A DNA stretch of 64,000 bases from Pirellulales bacterium (GTDB lineage: Bacteria > Planctomycetota > Planctomycetia > Pirellulales > UBA1268), in the NCBI GenBank assembly GCA_044236455.1, contig JBIIGJ010000008.1, forward strand, positions 405 to 64,404, written 5' to 3'. Shown here one piece after another: positions 1-8,087 of this stretch. Position 1 is the stretch's first letter. Every line of letters begins with the position of its first letter. The notes under the pieces are model-generated. The model saw only the letters and a list, made by a program, of their open reading frames with translations. It was not told the DNA's origin and did not search any database. The position numbers and the translations under genes were made by a program.

Positions 1-50
1 CGATGTGGACAATCCGTTGGACGCGAGCCATTGATCGCAGTCGTTCGAGC
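1..50 (+). mobile_element. attC-like integron recombination site (3' half, cut by window edge)
   Basis: 1-47 aligns without gaps to 451-497 (cgatgtggacaatcc...gagccattgatcgcagtcgttcg vs cggtgtggataatcc...gagccgctgatcgcggccgttcg); ends in a GTT core at 43-45. Confidence 0.7.
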
Positions 51-71
51 ACCGAGCGTTTTGTTTCAAAA

Positions 72-416
72 ATGATGCTGTTGCCAAACTGCGGAGCCCT
101 CATAACCGCATTGCTCGGGTGCCTCGGCCTGTTGTTCCCGAGTGCCGTGGGCCGTGTTCTTGGTCTCGAGCCGGATAGACCGCTTGGTATCTCCGAGTTT
201 CGTGCGACCTACGGCGGATTTTTTCTGTGCCTGGGCCTTGGATGCTTGGTCGCGCAGTCCGTACCGGCCTTCACGGTTGTTGGAGCGGCTTGGTGCGCGG
301 CTGCTTTGGCTCGGATCGTGTCTTTTGTCGTTGATGGCAGCCGGACGAGGCATAATCTTGCCGGAGTTGGATTCGAGGCGGGCATTGGCTTGGCAATGCT
401 CGCAGCGCAGCTCTAG
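72..416 (+). CDS. small membrane protein, DUF4345-like (gene cassette ORF)
   Basis: Hydrophobic helices with an SEFRATYGG motif; lies between two attC-like sites; its stop codon is inside the inverse core site. Confidence 0.7.
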   Translation: MMLLPNCGALITALLGCLGLLFPSAVGRVLGLEPDRPLGISEFRATYGGFFLCLGLGCLVAQSVPAFTVVGAAWCAAALARIVSFVVDGSRTRHNLAGVGFEAGIGLAMLAAQL

Positions 417-499
417 CAAGGCGATCCAGTGGACTGGCGATACAATCCGGCGGTGTGGATAATCCCCTGGTCACGAGCCGCTGATCGCGGCCGTTCGGT
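411..499 (+). mobile_element. attC-like integron recombination site
   Basis: Imperfect palindrome gcgatc[c]agtgg[a]ct ... agccgctgatcgc with two unpaired bases; GTT core at 493-495; degenerate inverse core ctctagc at 411-417. Confidence 0.75.
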
Positions 500-520
500 G
501 AAAGAGTTCTTGGAGTGCGC

Positions 521-901
521 ATGATGCGGCTGATGGTGGTTCTATCGCTCCTGATCAACGTGGCCGTTCTCGTGCCAGTGTGCGCGAGCCTGTTGACGGA
601 TGCTTCGTGGACCACATCGGCGTATGGCGAGGCGACACCAGCCCGCGCCATCCTGCTTTCGATCTACCTGGCGATCGGGCTGGTCTCGGTTCTGCTGCTG
701 GTTCGTCGTGAGCCGAAAGCGGTCGCAGCGCTCTTGCTCGTGCAGGTTCTGTACAAGGTCACCACGCCGCTGACGGTCGGAACACTCGCGAACCCGGTGG
801 TGGTCAGTAACCTCGCGGTCGCGGGGTTCCACGCGGCCACCCTGATTTGCCTCTGGCGGGGCCGGGCACTGGGTGGAGTGCTGACACGATCTACTCATTG
901 A
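521..901 (+). CDS. hypothetical membrane protein (second cassette ORF)
   Basis: About 4 hydrophobic segments; ATG about 25 nt after the attC core, with a GGAG RBS. Confidence 0.7.
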   Translation: MMRLMVVLSLLINVAVLVPVCASLLTDASWTTSAYGEATPARAILLSIYLAIGLVSVLLLVRREPKAVAALLLVQVLYKVTTPLTVGTLANPVVVSNLAVAGFHAATLICLWRGRALGGVLTRSTH

Positions 902-1204
902 AGAGTTGAGTTGTGTCCTAGCTGATCGTCACACGCTGCCGGCAGTCGTGGAAGGGCTGCCATGCGGCGACGACGAGGCCCGGCGGATCGCGGGAAATGC
1001 CCGTGAAATGGCGGCATTTCAGCGTTTCAGGGCGGCCATGCGGGGGCCGCTGCGAAACACCCTGTGCCAGGCAATCGGAGAGGGGGTGGGGCAGCTTCCT
1101 TGCCCCGGTTGAATCAGCCCGCATAGGAATACGTGCCGGTTGTTGCCCACCCAAAAGTGCCCATAGTGAAATCCACCCACTGACCACCCACAGAGAGGCC
1201 CGCC

Positions 1205-2278
1205 GTGAAATCGCTCGTTGGCGTTTTCTCACGGAAGTTTTTCTCACGGAAGAATATCAAGAAGCAGATGCGGTCCCACGGGGGCCGGCTCGGAGCGGAA
1301 TCGCTTGAAACCCGGGCCATGTTGTCGGCCACGGCCCTGACGCCCGATCTGGTTACTGCCAGCGACACGGGCTGGTCGGCCGTGGACAACCGCACAGGAG
1401 ACACGACACCCACGTTCGTGATTCAGGCGAGCGATGCCGACGCCGTGAAGCTCTTTCAGGTCGTTGGAAAGCGTGTGACGCAGGTCGGCACTGCAACGAA
1501 GGACGGTGCCGTCTGGACGGCCACCCTCGGCCCTCTCGGCCCCGGTAGGTATTCGATCGCTGCTCAAGGATTCGATGCCCAGGGCGTCGCCGGAAAGCGG
1601 TCGAAGCCGCTCGTGGTCGAGATCGGCACGGCTGCCCCGGCGGTGCCCACGATCGGGCTCGACCCCAAATCAGACTCGGGTTTCAAGGGGGATCGCATCA
1701 CCAACGTGACGAACCCGGTGCTTGTCGGCAGGGCAAAGGCTGGCACGGTGGTGCTGCTGACGAGCCCCAGCGTCGCAGGCGGCATCGAGCAGCGTGTCGC
1801 CGTGAGCAATCGCGGTGTCTGGGCATACCGGACGACGGCCCTCGCCGACGGCAATCATGATTTCACCGTGAAGTCCCAAAATGTATTTGGCCTCGAGAGC
1901 ACTACGGCCACGCTGAGCCTCAAGGTCGACACCGTCCGGCCTCGTGTCGTCGACATGAGGTACATCAGCGATGTCAATGAGATCGAACTCGAGTTCTCGG
2001 CCCCAGTGCGGGGCGTGGACGTCGGCGACTTCCGGCTCTCGGCCCCGGATTTTAGACTTCAGAATGTGCCGCTGACCGACAAGCGAATCCTGGGAGCGGT
2101 GGGCAGGATTACCGTCAAGGATATTGTGGACGGGCGTGTGTACCGGCTTCAGATGTCTAATCCGGATGTCATCGGCGGGACGTTTGCAATCCAGTTGATC
2201 GCCGTCAAATCGGGTATCGTCGCCGCGACGTCGGGTAACCCGCTTTTGTTGGATCGAACCGTCAGTGCCACGTTTTGA
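1205..2278 (+). CDS. secreted protein with bacterial Ig-like domains and a planctomycete LEPRxLL-type N-terminal motif
   Basis: ESLETRAMLS motif; two SDTG/SDSG-x-D-x-T-x-x-x-P Ig-like repeat starts; LADGNHDFTV and LKVDTVRP motifs. Confidence 0.8.
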   Translation: MKSLVGVFSRKFFSRKNIKKQMRSHGGRLGAESLETRAMLSATALTPDLVTASDTGWSAVDNRTGDTTPTFVIQASDADAVKLFQVVGKRVTQVGTATKDGAVWTATLGPLGPGRYSIAAQGFDAQGVAGKRSKPLVVEIGTAAPAVPTIGLDPKSDSGFKGDRITNVTNPVLVGRAKAGTVVLLTSPSVAGGIEQRVAVSNRGVWAYRTTALADGNHDFTVKSQNVFGLESTTATLSLKVDTVRPRVVDMRYISDVNEIELEFSAPVRGVDVGDFRLSAPDFRLQNVPLTDKRILGAVGRITVKDIVDGRVYRLQMSNPDVIGGTFAIQLIAVKSGIVAATSGNPLLLDRTVSATF

Positions 2279-2290
2279 TCCGGGGCACCG

Positions 2291-2318
2291 TCTTGAAGGG
2301 GGTGTGATGCCCTCAAGA
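2291..2318. terminator. possible hairpin between convergent genes
   Basis: tcttga(a)ggg ... ccctcaaga inverted repeat; no clear U-tract. Confidence 0.3.
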
Positions 2319-2351
2319 GATCGAAGCGAAGCGGCGTTGCCAGCGGCAACT

Positions 2352-3305
2352 TTACGCCATCGGTAGTTGCACGGCCGCAGCGGCGGCGCGGAGTTCCTTC
2401 GGGAGCGGGAAGTAGACGTCCTCCTCGCGGATCGTCCGCTCCTCGATCGTGGCGTCGAACCGATTCTTCAGCCACCCCACGCAGTCCTGCACCACGCTCT
2501 CCGGTGCACTCGCGCCAGCCGTGATCACCACCGTCTCTGTGCCGGAGAACCAGGCTGGGTCGATCTCGTTGGCGCCGTCGATCAGATGGGCCGTAATGCC
2601 CCGCTCGCGGGCCAGTTCGGCGAGCCGCTGGCTGTTGGAACTGTTCTGGCTGCCCAACACCAGCACGTGATCGGCCCCGTCTGAGAGCAGGCGAACCGCC
2701 TCCTGGCGATTTTGCGTCGCATAGCAGATGTCGTCTTTGGGCGGGCCGACGATCTGCGGAAACCGTTCTTTCAGTCGGTTGATGATGCGCGAGGCGTCGT
2801 CCACCGAGAGCGTCGTCTGTGTCAGGTAGGCGAGCCGGTCGTCTGGGCCAAACGGGAGGGCGTCGACCTCGTCGGTCGTTTCCACAAGGGTGAAGGCGTC
2901 GGGCGCCTGCCCCATGGTGCCGATCACCTCGTCGTGCCCCTCGTGGCCGATGAGCATGATGCGGTAGCCGGCCTTGGCATACTTGATCGCCTCGAGGTGC
3001 ACCTTCGTCACGAGTGGGCAGGTGGCATCGATGGCCCGCAGCCGCCGCTCAGCCGCCACCCGGCGCACTTCCGGGGCCACACCGTGGGCGGAGAACAGCA
3101 GCACGCCCCCTTCCGGCACCTCCTCCACCGCGTTCACGAACACCGCCCCCTCACGGACGAACCGGTCGACGACGTGCTTATTGTGGACAATTTCGTGGAA
3201 GACGTAGATGGGGGTGCCATGGAGTCGGATGGCCGTTTCGAGTGTCTCGATGGCCATGTTCACGCCGGCGCAGAAGCCGCGCGGGCTGGCGAGCAGAATC
3301 TTCAT
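2352..3305 (-). CDS. ispH: 4-hydroxy-3-methylbut-2-enyl diphosphate reductase
   Basis: PRGFCAGV, IDATCPLVTKVH, GHEGHDEV, DDICYATQNRQ and SSNS motifs. Confidence 0.97.
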   Translation of the reverse strand: MKILLASPRGFCAGVNMAIETLETAIRLHGTPIYVFHEIVHNKHVVDRFVREGAVFVNAVEEVPEGGVLLFSAHGVAPEVRRVAAERRLRAIDATCPLVTKVHLEAIKYAKAGYRIMLIGHEGHDEVIGTMGQAPDAFTLVETTDEVDALPFGPDDRLAYLTQTTLSVDDASRIINRLKERFPQIVGPPKDDICYATQNRQEAVRLLSDGADHVLVLGSQNSSNSQRLAELARERGITAHLIDGANEIDPAWFSGTETVVITAGASAPESVVQDCVGWLKNRFDATIEERTIREEDVYFPLPKELRAAAAAVQLPMA

Positions 3306-3446
3306 GCCGTTGGTTCCGGGGAGGGGCTGCGGGGAGCGCGGCTGGGGCCAAAACAGGTCGATAGGCTATGGTAGTGGGAGCGATTCAGCCCTGCCAGTGA
3401 AGAACAGGCTCTCCTCCGCAAACACCGCGTAAAGGCGGTGGTGCCG

Positions 3447-4415
3447 ATGTCCGTGCAACCAGCGCAGCCCGCCCGACGCGACCCGACGGCGTGGCATCTT
3501 GCGCCCGTCCCCACGGCCGACGACCTCGCCGCCGCGGAGGGCTTCTGCCGCGACGTGGCCAGCCGGCACTATGAAAACTTCACCGTGGCCACGCGGCTCG
3601 TGCCGCCAAGGCTGCGGCAGCACCTGGCCAATGTCTATGCCTTTGCGCGGTGGAGCGACGACCTCGCCGACGAGGCGGCGAGCCCCGCGGAGGCCGCCCG
3701 CGACTTGGCAGCCTGGCGGCAGGGGTTGGAGGCGTGTTTCGCGGGTCGGCCCGGGCATCCGGTCTACGTCGCGCTCGCCGAGACCGCACGTCAGACCGGC
3801 CTCACGATCGAGCCATTTGCCCATCTGCTCGATGCATTCGAGGAAGACCGGGCGTTCGACGCGGCCGGCACGGCCGTGCGGTATGCCGATCGCGACTCGC
3901 TCGTGGCCTACTGCCGCCACTCCGCCGATCCCGTGGGGCGGATCGTGCTGGCGCTGGAGGGCTGCCGTGATGCGGCGCTCGTCGCGATGTCGGATTCCAT
4001 CTGCACGGGCCTGCAATTGGTGAACTTCTGGCAGGATGTCCGCCGCGATCGCCTCGCTGGCCGCGTCTATCTTCCCCGCGACGACATGCAGCGGCACGGC
4101 GTCACCGAGGCGATGCTCGACGCCCCGCGGGCCGCGGCACCACTCAAGGAACTGTTGCGGGCGGAGGTGGCTTGGGCCCGGGAATGTTTCGATGCGGGGG
4201 CGCCGCTCGCGGACGTCGCGCCGCCGGTGCTCCGGCCCGCGATCGGCATGTTTCTCGCCGGCGGCCGGGCCGTGGCCGATGCGATCGAACGGGCCGGCTT
4301 CGATACGCTCACGCGCCGGCCGACGGTGGGGAAATGGACCAAGCTCCGCCTCGCCGTGCAGGCCTGGTGGAGGCTGCAGACCACGCCGCGTCGCCTCGCT
4401 GGTGGCCCGCCATGA
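3447..4415 (+). CDS. hpnC: squalene synthase HpnC
   Basis: HYENFTVA, YAFARWSDDLADE, YCRHSADPVGR and LQLVNFWQDV motifs. Confidence 0.92.
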   Translation: MSVQPAQPARRDPTAWHLAPVPTADDLAAAEGFCRDVASRHYENFTVATRLVPPRLRQHLANVYAFARWSDDLADEAASPAEAARDLAAWRQGLEACFAGRPGHPVYVALAETARQTGLTIEPFAHLLDAFEEDRAFDAAGTAVRYADRDSLVAYCRHSADPVGRIVLALEGCRDAALVAMSDSICTGLQLVNFWQDVRRDRLAGRVYLPRDDMQRHGVTEAMLDAPRAAAPLKELLRAEVAWARECFDAGAPLADVAPPVLRPAIGMFLAGGRAVADAIERAGFDTLTRRPTVGKWTKLRLAVQAWWRLQTTPRRLAGGPP

Positions 4416-5317
4416 GCACACTCGCCGCCGACCATCGGGAATGTGGCCGCGTCATGGAGGCCTCGGGCTCGAGTTTTGCCCTGCCGATCCGCCTCCTGCC
4501 CGAGGCGAAACGCCGCGGCACCACGGCCCTCTACGCCTTCTGTCGCCGTGCCGACGACATCGTCGACGATTGCGCCGATCCCGTGGAAGCCCGCCAGTCG
4601 CTCGATGCCTTCGAGGCAGATCTCGCGGCGGCGCTCGCCGGCGGGGCGTCGGCAGATCCTGTCATCAGGGCGGTCTTCGATACCGTCCGGCGGTTTGCGG
4701 TGCCGGCAGACTATCTCCACCACATCATCGACGGCTGCAGGATGGACCTCGATCGGAGCCGCTACGACACGTTTCCTGAGCTGGAGGAATACTGCCGCCG
4801 CGTGGCCAGTGCCGTGGGGCTTGCGGCCATCCACATCTGGGGCTTTCGCTCGCCGCGGGAAGCGTTGCCCGCGGCCCATGCCTGCGGTCTCGCCTTTCAG
4901 TTGACGAACATCCTCCGAGACATTCCCGAAGACCTTTCCCGCGGGCGGATCTACCTGCCGCAGGAAGATTTTCATGCCTGCGGCTGCAGCCCCGGGGATC
5001 TCCGCGACGGCCGGATCGGCCCGGGCTTTGGCCGGTTGGCGAGCCTGAGCGTGGCGCGTGCTGCTGACTGCTACCGGCAGGCGGCGCGGCTCGACCGGCT
5101 GCTTTCCACCGACGGCCGCATCGTGTTTCGGGCGATGTTCGGTGTCTATCAGTCGTTGTTTGGTGCCGTGCGGCGGGCGGGCACCCGCATCTTTTCGGAG
5201 CGGGTGCGTCCTGGTCGTTTCCGCATTATGGGCTCCACCGTGGCGGCACTCGCACTCGGTCCACGGCCGCTGCTGGACGGCGGCTTGCGTAATGCGGGAA
5301 ACTGCCGGCATGAGTGA
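4412..5317 (+). CDS. hpnD: presqualene diphosphate synthase HpnD
   Basis: SGSSF, LYAFCRRADDIVD and FQLTNILRDI motifs; ATGA overlap with hpnC. Confidence 0.9.
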   Translation: MSTLAADHRECGRVMEASGSSFALPIRLLPEAKRRGTTALYAFCRRADDIVDDCADPVEARQSLDAFEADLAAALAGGASADPVIRAVFDTVRRFAVPADYLHHIIDGCRMDLDRSRYDTFPELEEYCRRVASAVGLAAIHIWGFRSPREALPAAHACGLAFQLTNILRDIPEDLSRGRIYLPQEDFHACGCSPGDLRDGRIGPGFGRLASLSVARAADCYRQAARLDRLLSTDGRIVFRAMFGVYQSLFGAVRRAGTRIFSERVRPGRFRIMGSTVAALALGPRPLLDGGLRNAGNCRHE

Positions 5318-6740
5318 TTCGCTCAGCTCCACTTCCGCACGCCCCACCCAACCGCACGTGGTCGTGGTTGGTGGCGGTCTGGCCGGCCTCGCTGCGGCGG
5401 CGGCGCTCTCCGCGGCCGACGTGCGCGTGACAGTGCTGGAGGCGCGTCGTCGTGCCGGCGGGCGAGCTGCGTCGTTCGAAGATCCCGTCGCGGGCGGACT
5501 CGTCGACGCCTGCCAGCATGTGGCGATGGGCTGCTGCACCAACTTTCTCGATCTCTGCCGGCAGGCCGGTCTGGCCGATGCCCTCCGTCGTGATCGCACG
5601 CTGTGGTTCATCGGTCCCGAAGGAGATCGCGCCGCCTGCACGCCCTCGCGTCTGCTTCCGGCACCGATGCACCTCGCCCCCCTGCTCCTGGGCATGCGTC
5701 ACTTTTCGCTTCGCGAGAAGCTGTCACTCGGGATGGGCATGCTGAAGCTGGCGCGGTATCGCGAGCCGGCTGGCGGCGAGGCGGGCCCGGTTGGCAGTAC
5801 GGCACTCGCATGGCTCCAGGCTGCGGGCCAGCCCGACCGGGTGATCCGCCTCTTCTGGCAGCCTGTGCTCGAGAGCGCGCTGGGCGAGTCGATCGATCTG
5901 GTGAGCACAGCCGCCGCGCGGAAAGTGGCGGTCGATGCCTTTCTCGCCCACCGCGACGCCGCCGATATGTTCGTTCCCATGGAGCCGCTCGGCACGCTGT
6001 TTGGTGATCGGCTCGTGGCGTGGCTCGAGGGCCGCGGTGTGACGGTGGAGGCCGGGCGGAGCGTGACGACGATCGAACGCGATGCGGACGGTCGGGCCAC
6101 TGCCGTGATTCATGGCGATGGCCGCACGCCCTGTGACGCCGCGATCGTCGCCCTGCCGTGGCGGCAGGCGGCGCGGGTCGTGCCCGATCTGGTGCCGGCG
6201 GCCGACGAAAGATTCGCCGGTTCACCGATCACCGCCGTGCATCTCTGGTTCGATCGCGACTGCATCGACCTGCCGCATGCGGTGCTCGTGGGCCGTGTCT
6301 CGCAGTGGGTGTTTCGCCCGGATGCAGCCGAAGGACGTCAGCCGGGCTACTGCCAGGTGGTCATCAGCGCCTCCCGCGGGCTGCTCGGCGGTGATCGTGA
6401 GAAACTCGTGGCCGCCGTGGTGGCGGAACTTCGAGACACGTTTCCCGCGGCTCGCGATGCCGTGCTCGTCGATGCGCGGGTGGTCACCGATCCCACGGCC
6501 GTGCTCTCGGTGCGGCCGGGCGTCGACGCCTTCCGACCGGCCGCGGTCACGTCCGTGCCGAATCTGTTCCTGGCGGGCGATTGGACCGCCACCGGCTGGC
6601 CTTCCACGATGGAGGGCGCCGTGCGGAGCGGTCGCCTGGCCGCCAGCGCAGCCGGACGCCGCCTGGAAAGGCCTGTCGGTCCGCTCACGGCCGATCTGGC
6701 GAAGAACCCGGTCGTGCGACTGCTGACGGGGAGTCGGTAA
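5310..6740 (+). CDS. hpnE: hydroxysqualene dehydroxylase HpnE
   Basis: VVVVGGGLAGLAAA FAD motif, GGRAASF, CQHV, LAGDWTATGWPSTMEGAVRSG; follows hpnCD. Confidence 0.92.
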   Translation: MSDSLSSTSARPTQPHVVVVGGGLAGLAAAAALSAADVRVTVLEARRRAGGRAASFEDPVAGGLVDACQHVAMGCCTNFLDLCRQAGLADALRRDRTLWFIGPEGDRAACTPSRLLPAPMHLAPLLLGMRHFSLREKLSLGMGMLKLARYREPAGGEAGPVGSTALAWLQAAGQPDRVIRLFWQPVLESALGESIDLVSTAAARKVAVDAFLAHRDAADMFVPMEPLGTLFGDRLVAWLEGRGVTVEAGRSVTTIERDADGRATAVIHGDGRTPCDAAIVALPWRQAARVVPDLVPAADERFAGSPITAVHLWFDRDCIDLPHAVLVGRVSQWVFRPDAAEGRQPGYCQVVISASRGLLGGDREKLVAAVVAELRDTFPAARDAVLVDARVVTDPTAVLSVRPGVDAFRPAAVTSVPNLFLAGDWTATGWPSTMEGAVRSGRLAASAAGRRLERPVGPLTADLAKNPVVRLLTGSR

Positions 6741-7470
6741 GTCCTTCTAGAAATCGTCCGATCGCTCCGGCGAGCGTGCGGCCATCGACGACGGCGTGTT
6801 CCCACAACTGCCACATGTCGAGGGCAGCCCGCGGCCGCCTGCCGATGGCGCCGATCGCCGCTCCCAGCCGCCGCATGCCCGACTGCGGCTGCACGAGTGA
6901 GGCTAATTCCTTGGGCAGATCCTGCGAGGCGACGTCGGATATCACGCGGATCGACACGCAGGGCAGGCCCGCATTCAACGCCGCTGTCGCCACCGCGTAG
7001 GTCTCCATGTCGACGAGGCTCGCACCGGTGGCTGCGGCGAGGTCTCGCTTCGCGGCGGCCGTCGTCACCACCGTGTCGACGCTCACGATCGCGAGGTCGC
7101 CGCTGTTGGTCGCACTGGCGGTGCCCGCTGTCGCGGTCCCCTGCCCTGTCGCCGCGATGTCGATCGGTAGGCCGCCCGCGCGGCTGATTGCCCGCCGCGG
7201 ATATGCAACCGCGCCACGGGCGAGTGCGGGATCGAGCCCGCCGGCGAAGCCGGGCGACACGATCAGCCGCGGCCGATGGCCATCGATCAGGAGCCTGGTT
7301 GCCCGCCCGGCCGCATCGCCGCCGGCGCCTGCCACGCACCACGCGACTCGCCGGCCAGCGACGACGCCCTCGTGAAACGTGAGCCCGGCCGCGTTGTAAC
7401 TCACGGTCTCAGCCGCCATCGCCGTGAAGGCATCGGCCTCGACGGGCATCGCAAAAAGAATCCCCGCCAT
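6685..7470 (-). CDS. nucleoside phosphorylase family protein (HpnG-like / MTA-SAH nucleosidase fold)
   Basis: GFAGGL, VDMET and IRVISD motifs; adjacent to hpnCDE. Confidence 0.8.
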   Translation of the reverse strand: MAGILFAMPVEADAFTAMAAETVSYNAAGLTFHEGVVAGRRVAWCVAGAGGDAAGRATRLLIDGHRPRLIVSPGFAGGLDPALARGAVAYPRRAISRAGGLPIDIAATGQGTATAGTASATNSGDLAIVSVDTVVTTAAAKRDLAAATGASLVDMETYAVATAALNAGLPCVSIRVISDVASQDLPKELASLVQPQSGMRRLGAAIGAIGRRPRAALDMWQLWEHAVVDGRTLAGAIGRFLEGLTDSPSAVARPGSSPDRP

Positions 7471-7600
7471 GCAGGCGGTTCGCGGCGACGGTGTTGGTGG
7501 ATGCTGCATCGTGAGAAAAGAAGACGGCCTGCCGCCCGGTGCCCCCCCAGGCCACGGCGGCAGGCCGTCAGATCATGTGGCTGACGGGCAGTCCGTGTTT

Positions 7601-8047
7601 TTAATGGCTGACGAGATAATGGAGGACGGAGAGCGGATTCCACCAGCATACGCCGCAGCAGCGGGCGCAGTCGCAGGGCTCGGCTGGCACCATCTTCACC
7701 TCGTACTTTGGCACCTTTTCGACCCTCTCCTCACCATCGGCCTTGTAGAGCTTTTTCTTGACGTAGACGTTCCCGCAGGGCGGGCTGCAGCGGCATTCGG
7801 ACGGCCCCGTACACCAGCATTCGCGGGCCCGCGCGCAGGCATAGTCGCACTTCATCGAATATTTCGGCTTCTTCGTCTTCGCCTCGTCCCACGACGACTT
7901 GCAGGCGGGCTCGCATGGCTGGCATTCGGCCTGATCGGTGCACGTGTTGCAGTGCTGCTGGCCGCAGGCACAGTCAGCCGCGTGGGAAACGGCAAGGCAT
8001 GCTGCAAGGCCGAGGGCCGTAAGGAGCGTGAAAGAGAGTTGTCGCAT
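7601..8047 (-). CDS. secreted cysteine-rich hypothetical protein
   Basis: Signal-peptide-like N-terminus; 20 Cys in 148 aa; GGAG RBS. Confidence 0.8.
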   Translation of the reverse strand: MRQLSFTLLTALGLAACLAVSHAADCACGQQHCNTCTDQAECQPCEPACKSSWDEAKTKKPKYSMKCDYACARARECWCTGPSECRCSPPCGNVYVKKKLYKADGEERVEKVPKYEVKMVPAEPCDCARCCGVCWWNPLSVLHYLVSH

Positions 8048-8087
8048 GGAAAGGCTCCGCTGTCGGATCTCGCAGTGGGGAGAACGG

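Noticed and set aside
1-499. Repeats at 1-47 and 451-497 as CRISPR repeats
   Set aside because: The 450-bp spacing contains a full ORF, the copies are diverged and no cas genes are present; attC architecture fits better.
902-1204. Riboswitch upstream of the Ig-like gene
   Set aside because: No recognisable c-di-GMP, cobalamin, TPP or SAM consensus by eye; an Rfam scan would be needed to exclude it fully.
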